64,000 bases of DNA from Planctomycetaceae bacterium (GCA_041398805.1 JAWKUC010000007.1:135672-199671), one strand, 5' to 3'; positions 45,360-59,556 are shown, numbered from the stretch's first letter. Translations and numbers: made by a program. The notes: a model not told the origin generated them from the letters alone.

Positions 45360-45662
45360 GAGAGTTCCTTTCATCAGGGAACATATAATATTGAGTTGAA
45401 TTCAGAGATATTTCAGTCAGCTTGCACTTGTCCAGACAGGATTAAGACCTTGAACGAGGGCATGCCCACCACCTCGGTTGAGTATGGCAGATTAGGATAC
45501 CAGTTTCAAGCAAGAGCGTTTGAAAACCTGATTTTTACTCTCAATCAAACGCCTGCAATTAGACTTCGCTATCCAGTTAGTTTGCAGAATAGAGAACACT
45601 CCCGCGAGATCAGTACTCCGCACAACTTCTATAAAACATTACGATAATAAAACTTCACGATC

Positions 45663-47477
45663 ATGAGTTCCACATACAATTATGATGTCCTGGTTGTCGG
45701 GGCAGGACATGCCGGAATCGAGGCTGCCCTGGCCGCCGCAAGACTGGGCGCCAAAACTGCACTTCTCACGATGAGCTGCGACACAGTTGGTGCGATGAGT
45801 TGTAACCCCGCCATTGGTGGAGTTGCCAAAGGTCAAATCGTCCGCGAGATCGACGCCCTCGGCGGAGAGATGGGGCTCGTCATCGATGAAACCGGGATCC
45901 AATTTCGCATGCTCAATCTGAGCAAAGGTCCGGCGATGCATTCTCCCCGGGCTCAGGCTGATAAAAAAGCGTATCAATTCAGCATGAAGCATCGTGTCGA
46001 GCAGCAGGATAATCTGACGCTGCGACAAGAGATTGTCGAATCACTAATTGTTGAGCAGGGTGTTATCAAAGGAATTCGAGTTCGAGGAGAGGCGCAGTAT
46101 CTGGCGGAAGCAGTGATCCTCACCACGGGAACATTCCTGCAGGCGATCATGCACACTGGCGAGGCGAAAAGCAAAGGAGGCCGGGCAGGGGAAGGAACTA
46201 CCGGTAATCTCTCCGATTCTTTGCGAGAACTTGGTTTCCAACTCGAACGCTTCAAGACTGGTACACCAGCTCGCTTGAATGGCCGCACGATCGATTACTC
46301 GGTTGTGGAAATTCAACCAGGTGATGAAAACCCGGTTCCGTTCTCATTCATGAATGAACGTATTGCTCAACCTCAACTCGATTGTTATCTGACAGAAACC
46401 AACGAAACAGTTCATCAGGAAATTCGTGATAACCTGCATCGAGCGCCGATGTATAGTGGTCAGATCAGCTCAACGGGCCCCCGATACTGCCCATCCATCG
46501 AAGATAAAATCGTCAGGTTTGCGGACAAGCAATCGCACCATATTTTCCTGGAGCCTGAGGGACGAAATACACAGGAAGTTTATTGTAATGGTATCTCCAC
46601 CTCACTTCCCCGGGATGTTCAAGACCGGATGATCCACGCCATTCGCGGACTCGAAAAAGCAGAGATTATGCGCTATGGTTATGCCGTCGAGTACGATTTC
46701 GCCCCTCCCACGCAATTAAAACCAACCCTCGAGACTAAAGCTGTCGAGGGGCTCTACTTTGCCGGTCAATTGAATGGGACCACAGGGTATGAAGAAGCAG
46801 CAGGCCAGGGACTGATCGCCGGTATTAATGCTGCTCTCAAACTCAAAGGTGCTGCTCCATTCATACTCGATCGAAACCAGGCCTATCTGGGTGTGCTGAT
46901 CGACGACCTCGTCACCAAAGGGGTGGATGAGCCTTACCGGATGTTTACATCCCGCGCGGAATACCGGTTATTGCTGCGGCATGATAATGCAGACCGCAGG
47001 CTTACCCCACTCGCTGCCGAGATTGGTCTCGCCTCCCAGGATCGGATTACCCAGCTGGCAGGATACGAAGCGGAGATCAACCACGCGCTCGAAATTCTGC
47101 GGACCGAGCGTTACCACGGTAACCCACTGGAAGAGCGTCTCCGTCGTCCTGACGTCGACTGGAACGCCATCTGCCAGCTCTCTCCTACCTTGTCTGAATT
47201 GACGATTTCGGATCGAGCCCGGGATCAGGTCTGCATCGAGGTTAAATACGCTGGTTATATCCGGCGTCAGACAGCGGATATCGAAAAACAGGCTAAAATT
47301 ACCCAGCTGCGCATCCCCGACACCTTCAATTACAAGGGTATTCACCAGTTGAGAATTGAAGCGCGCGAGAAACTCGACCGCGTCCGCCCCCTGAATCTGG
47401 GACAAGCCTCGCGAATCAGCGGAATTACGCCGGCGGACCTGGCGGTGGTCACAATGTACCTGAATCAACCACGCTGA
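45663..47477 (+). CDS. mnmG: tRNA U34 carboxymethylaminomethyl modification enzyme MnmG/GidA
   Basis: GAGHAG.EA, MSCNPAIGG, RFKTGTP, GPRYCPSIEDK, GQLNGTTGYEEAA, EPYRMFTSRAE. Confidence 0.98.
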   Translation: MSSTYNYDVLVVGAGHAGIEAALAAARLGAKTALLTMSCDTVGAMSCNPAIGGVAKGQIVREIDALGGEMGLVIDETGIQFRMLNLSKGPAMHSPRAQADKKAYQFSMKHRVEQQDNLTLRQEIVESLIVEQGVIKGIRVRGEAQYLAEAVILTTGTFLQAIMHTGEAKSKGGRAGEGTTGNLSDSLRELGFQLERFKTGTPARLNGRTIDYSVVEIQPGDENPVPFSFMNERIAQPQLDCYLTETNETVHQEIRDNLHRAPMYSGQISSTGPRYCPSIEDKIVRFADKQSHHIFLEPEGRNTQEVYCNGISTSLPRDVQDRMIHAIRGLEKAEIMRYGYAVEYDFAPPTQLKPTLETKAVEGLYFAGQLNGTTGYEEAAGQGLIAGINAALKLKGAAPFILDRNQAYLGVLIDDLVTKGVDEPYRMFTSRAEYRLLLRHDNADRRLTPLAAEIGLASQDRITQLAGYEAEINHALEILRTERYHGNPLEERLRRPDVDWNAICQLSPTLSELTISDRARDQVCIEVKYAGYIRRQTADIEKQAKITQLRIPDTFNYKGIHQLRIEAREKLDRVRPLNLGQASRISGITPADLAVVTMYLNQPR

Positions 47478-47675
47478 GCTCAGCCGAACGTCACTGTCCA
47501 GTTCATGTTCAAGTCAATGCTGGCCATTCTACCTACCCGTTGCAGATTTTTTTTATTCCCGTTTTGCTTAGCTAGCTCATCATAATTCCTTGGGGATCAA
47601 AGCCTTAGTACTGGCAAGAGTTTGCGTCTGGAAAACTGGCAGAGAGTGGGGGGGATAAGGGGAAGAGAAGTCCTG

Positions 47676-47703
47676 TTGACCGATTCCATAGATTAGATAC
47701 AAT
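47676..47703 (+). promoter_or_regulatory. Sigma-70-type promoter of the response regulator
   Basis: TTGACC-N16-TACAAT, about 375 nt upstream of the ATG. Confidence 0.55.
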
Positions 47704-48079
47704 CGGTTGTGTTGAGAAGAAGGGTAATCTTTCTTATCGCCGAGTCGATTGTGAATTCAACTCAATCCCCCACGTGGGCAGATATAACAGATTCACAACT
47801 ACTTATTTATTTTGCATTGATTGGTTAGTCACAACTTTGAGACTGAACAACAGCGTGCCGGAAGAGGGTCAACCTGTGGGCCATGAAGGCCCCTTGAACT
47901 CTACCTAATTTGCCCGCTGTTCCTGGGAAGGAACCTGTAAACACCTGATGGGTGCTGCTTCTTACCTTATCTCAAAGTTCAAAAAGGAGGGAACCTCTCG
48001 ACGTCTCGTGTCGTTGACGAGGACATTAAACGGGCCAGCCGTCTACGTCGATGGCCATAGCAAAGGATGGATACTCAGC

Positions 48080-48711
48080 ATGAAAACAGTTTTTACGACA
48101 GGCAAAGAGGCCGCCAAGATTTGCAAGGTCAGCCAGCAAACCATTATTCGCTGCTTTGACTCAGGCCAGTTAAAAGGGTTTCGCGTTCCCGGAAGTCGTT
48201 TCCGCCGTATTCCTCGCGACATTCTCTATAAATTCATGAAAGAGAATGGCATTCCCACCGACGCCCTTGAAAGTGGCCGTCGCAAAGCCCTCATCGTCGA
48301 CGATGACGAGGAACTTGTAGGGCAGTCCGTGACGCACTCGAGCTCGATTCCCGCTGAAATCCGCGTGGCCTATGCGGATTCGATATGATATGATGGTGAA
48401 AGAATATCACCCCGACATCATCGTGCTCGATGTGATGCTGCCTGCAAACATGGCAAGGAAGTCTGTCAACGCGTGCGTTCCGATTCGGCTCTCGATGATG
48501 TGAAAATCATTTGCATCAGCGGTATGGTCGAAGCCGACAAAATTCAGGAGGAACTGATGAAAGCAGGCGCAACGAGTTCATGCAGAAACCTTTCGAGGTG
48601 GAAAAACTCGTGGAACATGTCTGTCATCTGCTCGACATGGAGCCTGTTGGAAGCCCGCATAAAAATGATTCTGATCCACTGCCGATTTTGCAGGGATCGA
48701 GACGAACATAG
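48080..48711 (+). CDS. Response regulator with N-terminal excisionase-like HTH and receiver domain (frameshifted; end approximate)
   Basis: MKTVFTTG.EAAKICKVSQQTIIRCFDSG.LKGFRVPGSRFRRIPR; LIVDDD; PDIIVLDVMLP; ISG; KPF. Confidence 0.88.
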
Positions 48712-48945
48712 CCGTCCCATTCGAATATCAGGAGTGGGACGTTTTTGTTGAGTAGAGGATGTTTTTCAAGGAGTTTACTGAAACAGGGATGGTCTTCTTC
48801 AGGCAGATTTACTTTGGGACGAATCGACTCGTCGAATCCAGTGAGGACATATTACCTGGGTTGAGCCAGGTCTGGAAATTCAAAGTCAGGATTGTTCTGA
48901 AGCCATTAATTTGTACTGAATTGTTCCCTGAGACAATTATTAGAG

Positions 48946-50186
48946 ATGATTTCACAGACCATGAATTTTGCACCACACAGATCGGATGCGACAGAAGAGA
49001 ATCAACTGGCAGAGAAGTTCAGTCAGAAGTACTGGCAGGCGATGCCCGTTCTTAATTTTTCATCTGCGCTCCAGATCGTGGTTGAGACTTGCTGGGAAGT
49101 AATGGAAGCCGAAGCTGTCCTCCTGGTGACTCCCGCTCCTGGTGAAAACTATCTCTGGGCCAGTTACTACGATCAAACTCGCTCGCTGGAGGAAACAGAA
49201 TCTTTACTGGCTGTTACTCCTGACTGGACCGACTGGTTCCTCACTCGGTTAGAAGAGGAATGGGAGAACCTCTTTCCCAAATCGTTCCTAACCGATCTGC
49301 ATTTTATTCCCTTAAAGACGGGCAACAGCTTACGCGGAATGCTCGTCTGTACTTTCAGGAAAGCCAAACCACTCCCCGCATTCGCGGAAGCGATGAAGAT
49401 CACTTCTCGTTTTCTGGACCAGATTCGCCTGGTGCATCATCAGATTACTCTTTCGCAATTGCAGGAATTGAAGCTCGACTCGCTGGCAGAATTCGCAGCG
49501 GGAGCAGGCCACGAAATCAATAACCCGCTGGCTACAATCAGTGGTCGCGCTCAATTGCTACTGCGAGAGGAACAGGATCCCGAACGTCGTGAAATGCTCG
49601 CAAATATTGGCGCTCAGGCGCTAAGAATTCGGGACATGATTGGTGACTTGATGTTGTTTGGAAGACCTCCAGTCCCCGAGGTGAAACCGGTCTCCATTCA
49701 ACAGATCCTGGAGCAGGTTGAACCGCGATTGAATTCTCGATTTTCTCAAGAGTTTTCGATCCGCATTAAAACCCAGCACGATGTCGAGTTACTCGGCGAT
49801 GAAAATCAGCTGGAACAGGTCTTCTACGCATTACTGGAAAACGGGATTCAGAATACCCCTCCCGGAACCACACCCGAACTTGAAATTGAATGGAACTCTG
49901 GGTTTGAAGATCAGGTGCAGATCAGGATTATCAGCCGACATACGAAGCTGAGCGAATGTGATGAACTCCATTTATTTGACCCGTTTTACTCTGGTAGGCA
50001 GGCGGGCAGAGGTTTAGGCTTCGGCCTTTCGAAAGTCCGGCAGATCGCCCGCATGCATGAGGCGACTTTGTCTATTAAGTGCCAGGCAGAACAGGGGTGA
50101 CAGTCACCCTGAACTGGCCTCTGGCTGAACCGGGACATCCTGCTGCTCTTAAAGTTGATCAGGTCGAAAGCTCTGAAGAGAACTGA
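48946..50186 (+). CDS. Cytoplasmic sensor histidine kinase (frameshift near C-terminus)
   Basis: H-box GAGHEINNPL, N-box LLENG, FDPFYS, GRGLGFGLS. Confidence 0.88.
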
Positions 50187-50454
50187 TCATAACACCACTG
50201 TTATTCAACCCTCATAACCGTTACAGGTCGTACTGAGCAAAAGTTCAGGGGTTTACATAAGCAGGGGCAAGTTTTACCCCAGTTCTCTCGCGGTCCAGGG
50301 CATTCGCTGGGTAAAGTATGGGTAAACAAGACTTTAAAAAGTCGCCCCCGCCTCGACCAGCTCGAATCAGTGCATAAGCAGCACCTCCTGACTGGTCAGC
50401 CTGATCAAACAATGTCTTCCAGCAAACTCGATAGAAGCTCACGAGAATCTCACT

Positions 50455-51471
50455 ATGGCTGAACGTCTCCAAGGTATCTTCACCCCCAACCTGGTTCCCC
50501 TCGATAGTAAGGGAGAGATCAACGAAGAAGTCCTTCGTAAGTATGTTGACTGGTTGATTGAAAAAGGGGTGCATGGCCTTTACCCCAACGGCTCAACAGG
50601 CGAATTTACTCGTTTCACTCTGGAAGAGCGTAAGCGAATTGTCGCCATTATTGCCGACCAGACCCGCGGCCGGGTGCCGATTCTGGCTGGTGCCGCCGAA
50701 GCCAACGTTAAAGAAACACTCAAAGCGTGTGAATACTACGCCGGCTTGGGTGTGAGAGCTGTCGCGATTGTCGCTCCCTTCTATTACAAACTGGGACCTG
50801 AAGCGGTATACGCCTATTTTCGTGAGATCGGCAAAAACACACCTGTTGATGTCACCCTGTATAACATTCCGATGTTCGCCAGCCCGATTGATGTTCCAAC
50901 AGTACAACGCCTTGCGGATGAGTGCGAACGTATCACGGCGATTAAAGACAGCTCCGGTGAAATTCCGCACATGATTCGCATGATCCAGGCTGTTCGTCCC
51001 AATCGCCCGGACTTCGCTTTCCTGACCGGTTGGGATGCCGCCCTCATGCCGATGATTCTGGTCGGTTGTGATGGAGGAACCAATGCCAGTTCCGGTGTCG
51101 TTCCGGAAGTCACCCGCAAACTTTACGACCTGACTTTGGATGGCCGTCTGGATGAAGCACGAAAAATTCAATACGACCTGGTCACATTATTCGACACCAT
51201 GATTTACTCTGCCGAATTTCCGGATGGCTTCCGGGAAGCAGTTAAACTTCGCGGATTCGATATGGGCAATGGCCGCCAACCCCGCTCAGACATTCAGGAA
51301 AAAGATCTCAATCTGCTTAGGCGCACACTGCAATGCTCACTCGCCGATCATGGTTTCACCCAGGAACCTGTCGGTGGTTGCCCCGCCGGTGCGGGTGGTG
51401 AAGATATGTCAGACGTTCGTCAGATTGTGATGACTGTCGTCTCTGAACTGCAGAAAAAAGGGATGATCTAA
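50455..51471 (+). CDS. Dihydrodipicolinate synthase (DapA/NAL) family aldolase with C-terminal extension
   Basis: GSTGE, LYNIP (Tyr), IKDSSG (Schiff-base Lys); extra linker plus amphipathic helix. Confidence 0.9.
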   Translation: MAERLQGIFTPNLVPLDSKGEINEEVLRKYVDWLIEKGVHGLYPNGSTGEFTRFTLEERKRIVAIIADQTRGRVPILAGAAEANVKETLKACEYYAGLGVRAVAIVAPFYYKLGPEAVYAYFREIGKNTPVDVTLYNIPMFASPIDVPTVQRLADECERITAIKDSSGEIPHMIRMIQAVRPNRPDFAFLTGWDAALMPMILVGCDGGTNASSGVVPEVTRKLYDLTLDGRLDEARKIQYDLVTLFDTMIYSAEFPDGFREAVKLRGFDMGNGRQPRSDIQEKDLNLLRRTLQCSLADHGFTQEPVGGCPAGAGGEDMSDVRQIVMTVVSELQKKGMI

Positions 51472-51502
51472 ACACTCCTGATATTAACCAGCAGAACACA
51501 AT

Positions 51503-51540
51503 AACCCGGCTTAAGGTCTTCAGACTTTGAGTCGGGTTTT
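51503..51540 (+). terminator. Rho-independent terminator
   Basis: AACCCGGCTTAAGGTC-ttca-GACTTTGAGTCGGGTT followed by Ts. Confidence 0.75.
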
Positions 51541-51631
51541 CTTGTTGAATTGCAAAGCAGAGGAGCATTCTCTAAAACTTAATCTCCCAATACATCCTAA
51601 GCGCTCGGTCATTTGCTGCCATTTGAATTAG

Positions 51632-52192
51632 ATGAAAGAGGCCACAATGTCCGTAGACAATCTAACCCGCTCAGAAAAAGTAAATCTTGCTCTGCAGATC
51701 TCCAAAACTACCCGAGCCCGATTTGAATCGAGAAGACCCCTTGAATGGAGACTTTCCTTCGCCATCTGGTTTGCCATTGGAACTGTCATCTTTACTCTGC
51801 TGAAGCTTGATTCGAACTCTTACATCTTCAGTGATCTGGAAACCCTGAAAAGCATACTGTTTATTGGTGCGTTCGCTGCGCTGGTAACGCATATTATCCA
51901 TCTCTGTTTCTGGGTCGTCCCGCGCAATGAACAGGATCAGGAGATGGCTTATGCCATGGAAATGGTGGCGTTAAATCTCGCCAAGGATCACGACAGCAGT
52001 GAACGTATTCACGAGGTTCCCAGCCCGGAAAAAGCCATGGAGATGTACAAGCTGGAAACAGGGCCCAATTACATCCCCATTGCCACACAGCTTTTTGTGA
52101 CAATAGTCCTGGTCCTGATGCTCATTCCGGTTTACGGAACAATCGCTCATGGAAAGACCGACGTGGCAACAACGACTGCCCAAACTGAGTAG
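51632..52192 (+). CDS. Hypothetical membrane protein (3 TM)
   Basis: 186-aa ORF; RFESRRPLEWRLSFAIW followed by hydrophobic segments. Confidence 0.7.
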   Translation: MKEATMSVDNLTRSEKVNLALQISKTTRARFESRRPLEWRLSFAIWFAIGTVIFTLLKLDSNSYIFSDLETLKSILFIGAFAALVTHIIHLCFWVVPRNEQDQEMAYAMEMVALNLAKDHDSSERIHEVPSPEKAMEMYKLETGPNYIPIATQLFVTIVLVLMLIPVYGTIAHGKTDVATTTAQTE

Positions 52193-52231
52193 AGTTCAAT
52201 CTACCTCTAAATGTCAGATAAAAATCAAGGT

Positions 52232-52381
52232 GGGTAGCCCAGACAATCTCGAAGAGTAGTCTGGGTCGCGAAGCGACAAGAGGGGAATACAGAGTATACA
52301 ATCATTATTAAACCGCAATTCGAACTGCCCTCTTGTGCCTGTCGGCACTCAGACAACACTGCGTGATTGTCTGAGCTACCC
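52232..52381. repeat. REP/MITE-like 150-bp palindromic element
   Basis: Terminal IR GGGTAGCCCAGACAATC / GATTGTCTGAGCTACCC (16/17); inner IR ACAAGAGGG / CCCTCTTGT; each end also folds locally. Confidence 0.75.
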
Positions 52382-52473
52382 TTTTTTATCGTGCATGATA
52401 TTTAGCGGTATACGTAATAGTAGAGTCCTGTACTACGCACTTCCGACGTGCGTGATCATCTCAGAGGGCTGGG

Positions 52474-55091
<2,618 letters not shown>

Positions 55092-55222
55092 GTTTCAGTT
55101 CTGGAACTATAGAAGGTGAATGCTGGAAAAGGGTTGATTTTGGCGGGGAATCAGAACATTTACAGGGCAGGGAGCTATTTCCGACTGACCTTCTCCATAC
55201 AGATTCCGGGAGGCAGACGAAA

Positions 55223-55252
55223 AAATCCCGGAAGGGTTCACTTCCGGGATTT
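55223..55252 (-). terminator. Terminator after recA
   Basis: AAATCCCGGAAG-ggttca-CTTCCGGGATTT with a poly-T tract on the minus strand. Confidence 0.8.
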
Positions 55253-55316
55253 CTTTACGATTCGAGCAACGTTATTAAGAGATGACTCGATCGAAAAGTG
55301 GCAAACAGCAGATTGC

Positions 55317-56392
55317 CTACTCTTCGGATTCTCCATCTTCACTTCCAGTTTCCGGTTCAGCAGCAGGGGCTGCAAAACCACGAAATTCAAGAATCTGTTG
55401 TTTGATTTCTTCGGTCAACTCGGGATTCTCTTTCAGGAACTCACGGACACGTCACGACCTTGTCCCAGGCGGGTTTCACCGTAGCTGAACCAGCTTCCAC
55501 TCTGCTTGATAATTCTATCTTCCCACAGCCATGTCGATGATGTCTCCCTCGTAGCTGATACCGCTGGTGACAAGCATATCGAATTCAGCCACGCGGAAAG
55601 GAGGGGCGACCTTGTTCTTGACGATTTTGGCTTTCATACGGATACCGGCAGTCGCTTCCCCATCTTTCAGGGTGCTGACGCGCACGTCGACACGACAGGT
55701 ACTGTAGAATTTCAGGGCTCGTCCACCAGGAGTCGTTTCAGGGCTGCCGAACATGACCCCTACTTTTTCCCGGATCTGGTTGATGAAAATAACGCATGTT
55801 TTGGAGCGGGCAATGGCTCCTGTCAGCTTTCGCATTGCCTGACTCATCATTCGAGCCTGTAGCCCGACACTAAGTATCACCAATCTCACCGTCCAGCTCT
55901 GCCTTGGGAACAAGAGCCGCTACAGAGTCGATGACGATCACATCAACCGCGTTGGACTTGATCAACATCTCGGCAATCTGCAACGCCTCTTCACCATAGG
56001 ATGGCTGACTGACGAGCAGATTCTCCAGATTGACGCCCAGACGTTTCGCCCAGGTTGGGTCGAGAGCATGTTCCGCATCGATAAAGGCGGCGACGCCTCC
56101 GGCTTTCTGTGCAGAGCCAATCACGTGTAAGGCGAGGGTCGTTTTACCACTTGATTCCGGTCCGTAAAACTCAACGATACGACCGCGGGGAACACCCTGA
56201 CCACCCAAAGCAAGGTCGAGAGAAAGGGCGCCGGTAGAGATACCGGGAATCCGCCCCGCAGCTTCACCGGAAAGTTTCATGATCGACCCTTTACCGAACG
56301 CCTTCAATTTGCCCCAGGGCATTATCGAGCATCGTATCGGGTTCGCCTTTTGTGGGAGTCGGTGCAGCTTTACGAGGTCGTGCTTTGGCCAT
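55317..56392 (-). CDS. recA: Recombinase RecA (frameshifted)
   Basis: [67 protein letters not shown]. Confidence 0.97.
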
Positions 56393-56763
56393 GAAAGGTT
56401 CCTTTAATGCACACTTCAAATGATGAAAATCACAAATGAAGAATTATCGAAATCAGGACTAACCGTATGACAGAGAGTGTTTGATTGCTGATCAGTTTTT
56501 AATTGCTGATCAGTAAGGGCACTACAACAACTGCCCACCCTGGTCAAAACATTTACAATAGCGAAACTGGCTTATTGAACAACCGATCTGGCTGCATAAC
56601 TTCAGTAATTTAGAGGCAACCTGGTAACTTTTGAGAGGAGGAGTTACCAAAACCCCGACCTGCCAATAGTGTACATAGGTAATCTTATCCACTAAAAAAG
56701 TGCCTGGCAACAGTCGGCATCAGCAATAATGAACAAATGATACAAATTCTGGTAAAATCCGAT

Positions 56764-57334
56764 TCACTTGGCTGAAGGATCTTCCAGGTCCAGCTTTTCC
56801 AAGTAGCCGCAGATAGGACCGTCGTTCCGGATGAGTAAAGCCGAGGCGAGAGGCGAGACCGAGGATGGTGTCCCGAGCCTGATCCCGGTCCGCCTCGGTT
56901 GCCATTGTTTCGATTTCGAGATAGTCCCCAACCTGATCGACCCGGTCGAAAGTAATTTCCAGATGGCGCCCTTCCCAGTCCAGCGAGAAAATTGTGCGGG
57001 TCTTGGATACTTTATGAACCGAACGAAAGCCAAGTTCGGTCAGCATTTCTTCGAGTTGAGTGGTGGACTGTCTTCCCGCTCAAACGGGATTTCAATTTCC
57101 TTACGGGTTTTAGTTTGAGTATCGATAATCGGCCCTTTGTAAGTGATCCGGTTTTGCTCACCACTGGTACGAATGCGTAAGCCTCGTTCGTGAGTGCAAA
57201 ATCACGATCAGGTGATTGAAGTAGTGATCCTGCTGTACTTCAACCGCCTGTTCAACAGCTCCCAGTTCCAGTAGAGCAGCTTTGGTCGCTTGCTGGTCTT
57301 TCAGAGCATATTTCAATTCAACTTCATAGGTCAT
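56764..57334 (-). CDS. CYTH-domain protein, class IV adenylate cyclase CyaB-like (frameshifted)
   Basis: MTYEVELKY (ExExK), Q.D.YFNH, LRIR, TYKGP, V.KTR, D.V..VG.YLEIE. Confidence 0.85.
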
Positions 57335-57563
57335 AAAACTGAAAACCTTGATCTAACCAGATGAGGCAAATCTGATACTCTTTCTAACACTCTATCCTCA
57401 GCAACAAAATTGCATTTCGTTGCCACTGGGAGTCATTGAAAAGGATATGCGGTCGAGATGTCGTATTCCATAGCGGGAGAACAATCGATTCAAAAAAGAG
57501 ACGATTGCCTCACCCTGCCAGATTGGATTCAACGCACAAGTCGATTCGGCCATTCGGAGAAGC

Positions 57564-57881
57564 TTAATCAATCGCTTGATCAATCTCGGAACAGAGCGAC
57601 TCCAGATAGTCCCAGGTATATAACCCGGTATGATGACCATCGCTCCATTCAATTGTGAGGGCATAGTTTCCAGAGAAGCCCATTTTAACCGGCTGAATAT
57701 TGCTGTCGATCTTATCAGGGCCAACCATGCGCACGCCTGTCATCTCGTTCACACAATTCGCACAGGGACAACTCCCTCGCAGAAATTGAAAGGGCAAGCG
57801 ATCGACTTTTTCAGGAGACCAGACGATCTCCATCGAAGAATCGCTTTTAAGGGCTCGGATATTCTGCGGAGGAGAGGCCAT
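57564..57881 (-). CDS. DUF971 (GBBH N-terminal-like) protein
   Basis: LRGSCPCANC, GNYALTIEWSDGHHTGLYTW. Confidence 0.9.
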   Translation of the reverse strand: MASPPQNIRALKSDSSMEIVWSPEKVDRLPFQFLRGSCPCANCVNEMTGVRMVGPDKIDSNIQPVKMGFSGNYALTIEWSDGHHTGLYTWDYLESLCSEIDQAID

Positions 57882-57943
57882 CGAAGCTTGAGTTCCAGAA
57901 GATAGTCTGCAAACAATGTGCAGGCGGATGGGTAGGGGATCAG

Positions 57944-59556
57944 TTAATCTCGATAAGGGTGTTTGACTTTTTCCCAGTATTCTTCCAGATTGAATTTTGG
58001 GCTGTTCTCGTGGTCGTGACATTTCGAACAGACATTTTTCTCTACCGTCTGTTTGTCGAGATGCATCTCGCGACGCAATTTGTCGACTTCGTTTTTGTCT
58101 GCGGATTCAGGAGAATTCTTCCAGAGGCCTTCCAGCTCGAGATGTTTACTTCCCGGACCATGACAGTTTTCACACTGCTGACCTTTCAATTCAGGAGATT
58201 TTTCTTCGTCGGTGAAGCCCGACGCAAAGCGAATGTTTTCCTGAGGCTCCCAGCCGGTGACATGACAACTCAAACATTCCGGATCATGAATCCGTGAAAT
58301 CCAGGTCGCCTCCTGTCCTGGTCTTCCGACGCTCAATGTCTCAAAACCATGAGCATGTTTAGAAGTTTTCCATTTCTCATAGGCTTTGGTGTGACACATT
58401 CCACACTTCTTAGCACCAACAAATGTGTAACCACTGGGATGCGTGATCGCAGGTTCCGTATTCACCAGATCTTCAAAGGCGATGTTGTCCTGATAGGACT
58501 GCATATGCTCTGCCATGGAAGGATCATTTTTGAAGCGACGGTTATCGAGGTCGATTAATTCCCAACGCAGTTTTTCTTCGGCATCGGGATAATACCCGAG
58601 TACGCCGACATTTTTTCCTTTCTGGCCTACCTTGACCATGATTCGGCCACTTTCACCAATAGGCACAGCACGGGGGTCTGGGTCTTCAGCACTTTTGGCG
58701 GTCAGCACCACATCAAAGATTTCGTTCTCTTCCGCCAGTTGCTTGCTTTCTTCCGTTTCTGCATACGAGAGAAGAATATTGATGTCCGCTTCAGCCGCTT
58801 TCAGCTCTTCGATGGCCGCAGGCAGAGTTTCTGAAACAGGCAGAACCTGAATTTCTCCACCCGAACTCTGAAGCAGATTTTTCTGGACTGTTTCGCCGAT
58901 GATCCCTGTAACACCGATTTGACTCCATTCACCTCGTAGACACGAGTGCGATGAATGGCTCCCAGATTGGGATCGTCAAACAGGGTGACATTCGCCGTGA
59001 CAAATTGTGGAACAATCTGAGATTCATCCGCAGGTTCCATCAGTCCACGTTCGACCAGTTTGGTTGGCCCCAGACTGATGTCACCAGGCCCAATCCCGAC
59101 TGCGGCATATTGCAGGTCAGTCAATGAATTGAGAGATGGCATCAAATTTGAGTTCCGATTGTCGACGGCTGCGTCGCAGAAATCCGCCTACATCCAGCGC
59201 GTGAGTGGCCATTCTTTGGCTTTGATTTGTGCAAATAGATCAGCCCGACGCGCCATTCCACCTGATTGCGTTTCAGAACAACCGCAAGGTTCCAGATATC
59301 CGTTTTGTTCTCCGGAGAGCACAAAGGCGACGGCTGGCTTTTCCCATCCTTCCAGGATTGGTTGGGGTGGTCTTTCTACAGGTGCTTTCGTCTCAACAAC
59401 TGTCTCTGTCTCGTCGCTCTTGGATGAATTCGTATCACTACTGGTTGAATTCTTCGTTCCAGAAGGGGTGGCCGATTGTTCCGGTGGGTCGCAGGCAGAC
59501 AGAGTCACCAGCAGAATTAAAGAGCCCAATATCGAAAACGACCTGGACAGCTCCAT
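57944..59556 (-). CDS. Lipoprotein: UshA/5'-nucleotidase-like domain fused to a c554-type tetrahaem cytochrome (frameshifted)
   Basis: LSAC lipobox; GYLEPCGCS...GGMARR; four CxxCH (CGMCH, CLSCH, CENCH, CSKCH); YWEKVKH. Confidence 0.85.

Noticed and set aside
47849-47921. 6S RNA (rod with CCTTGAAC)
   Set aside because: The paired region is only about 75 nt and the closing stem and central bubble of a roughly 180-nt 6S could not be traced; kept only as a generic structured leader.
48080-48260. Excisionase-like HTH as a prophage sign
   Set aside because: It is the DNA-binding domain of a response regulator next to a histidine kinase; no phage genes are nearby.
57944-58711. c554-type cytochrome as evidence for nitrification or anammox
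   Set aside because: No hao, amo or hzs genes; this haem domain is a fused module, and the gene set looks like a heterotrophic planctomycete.
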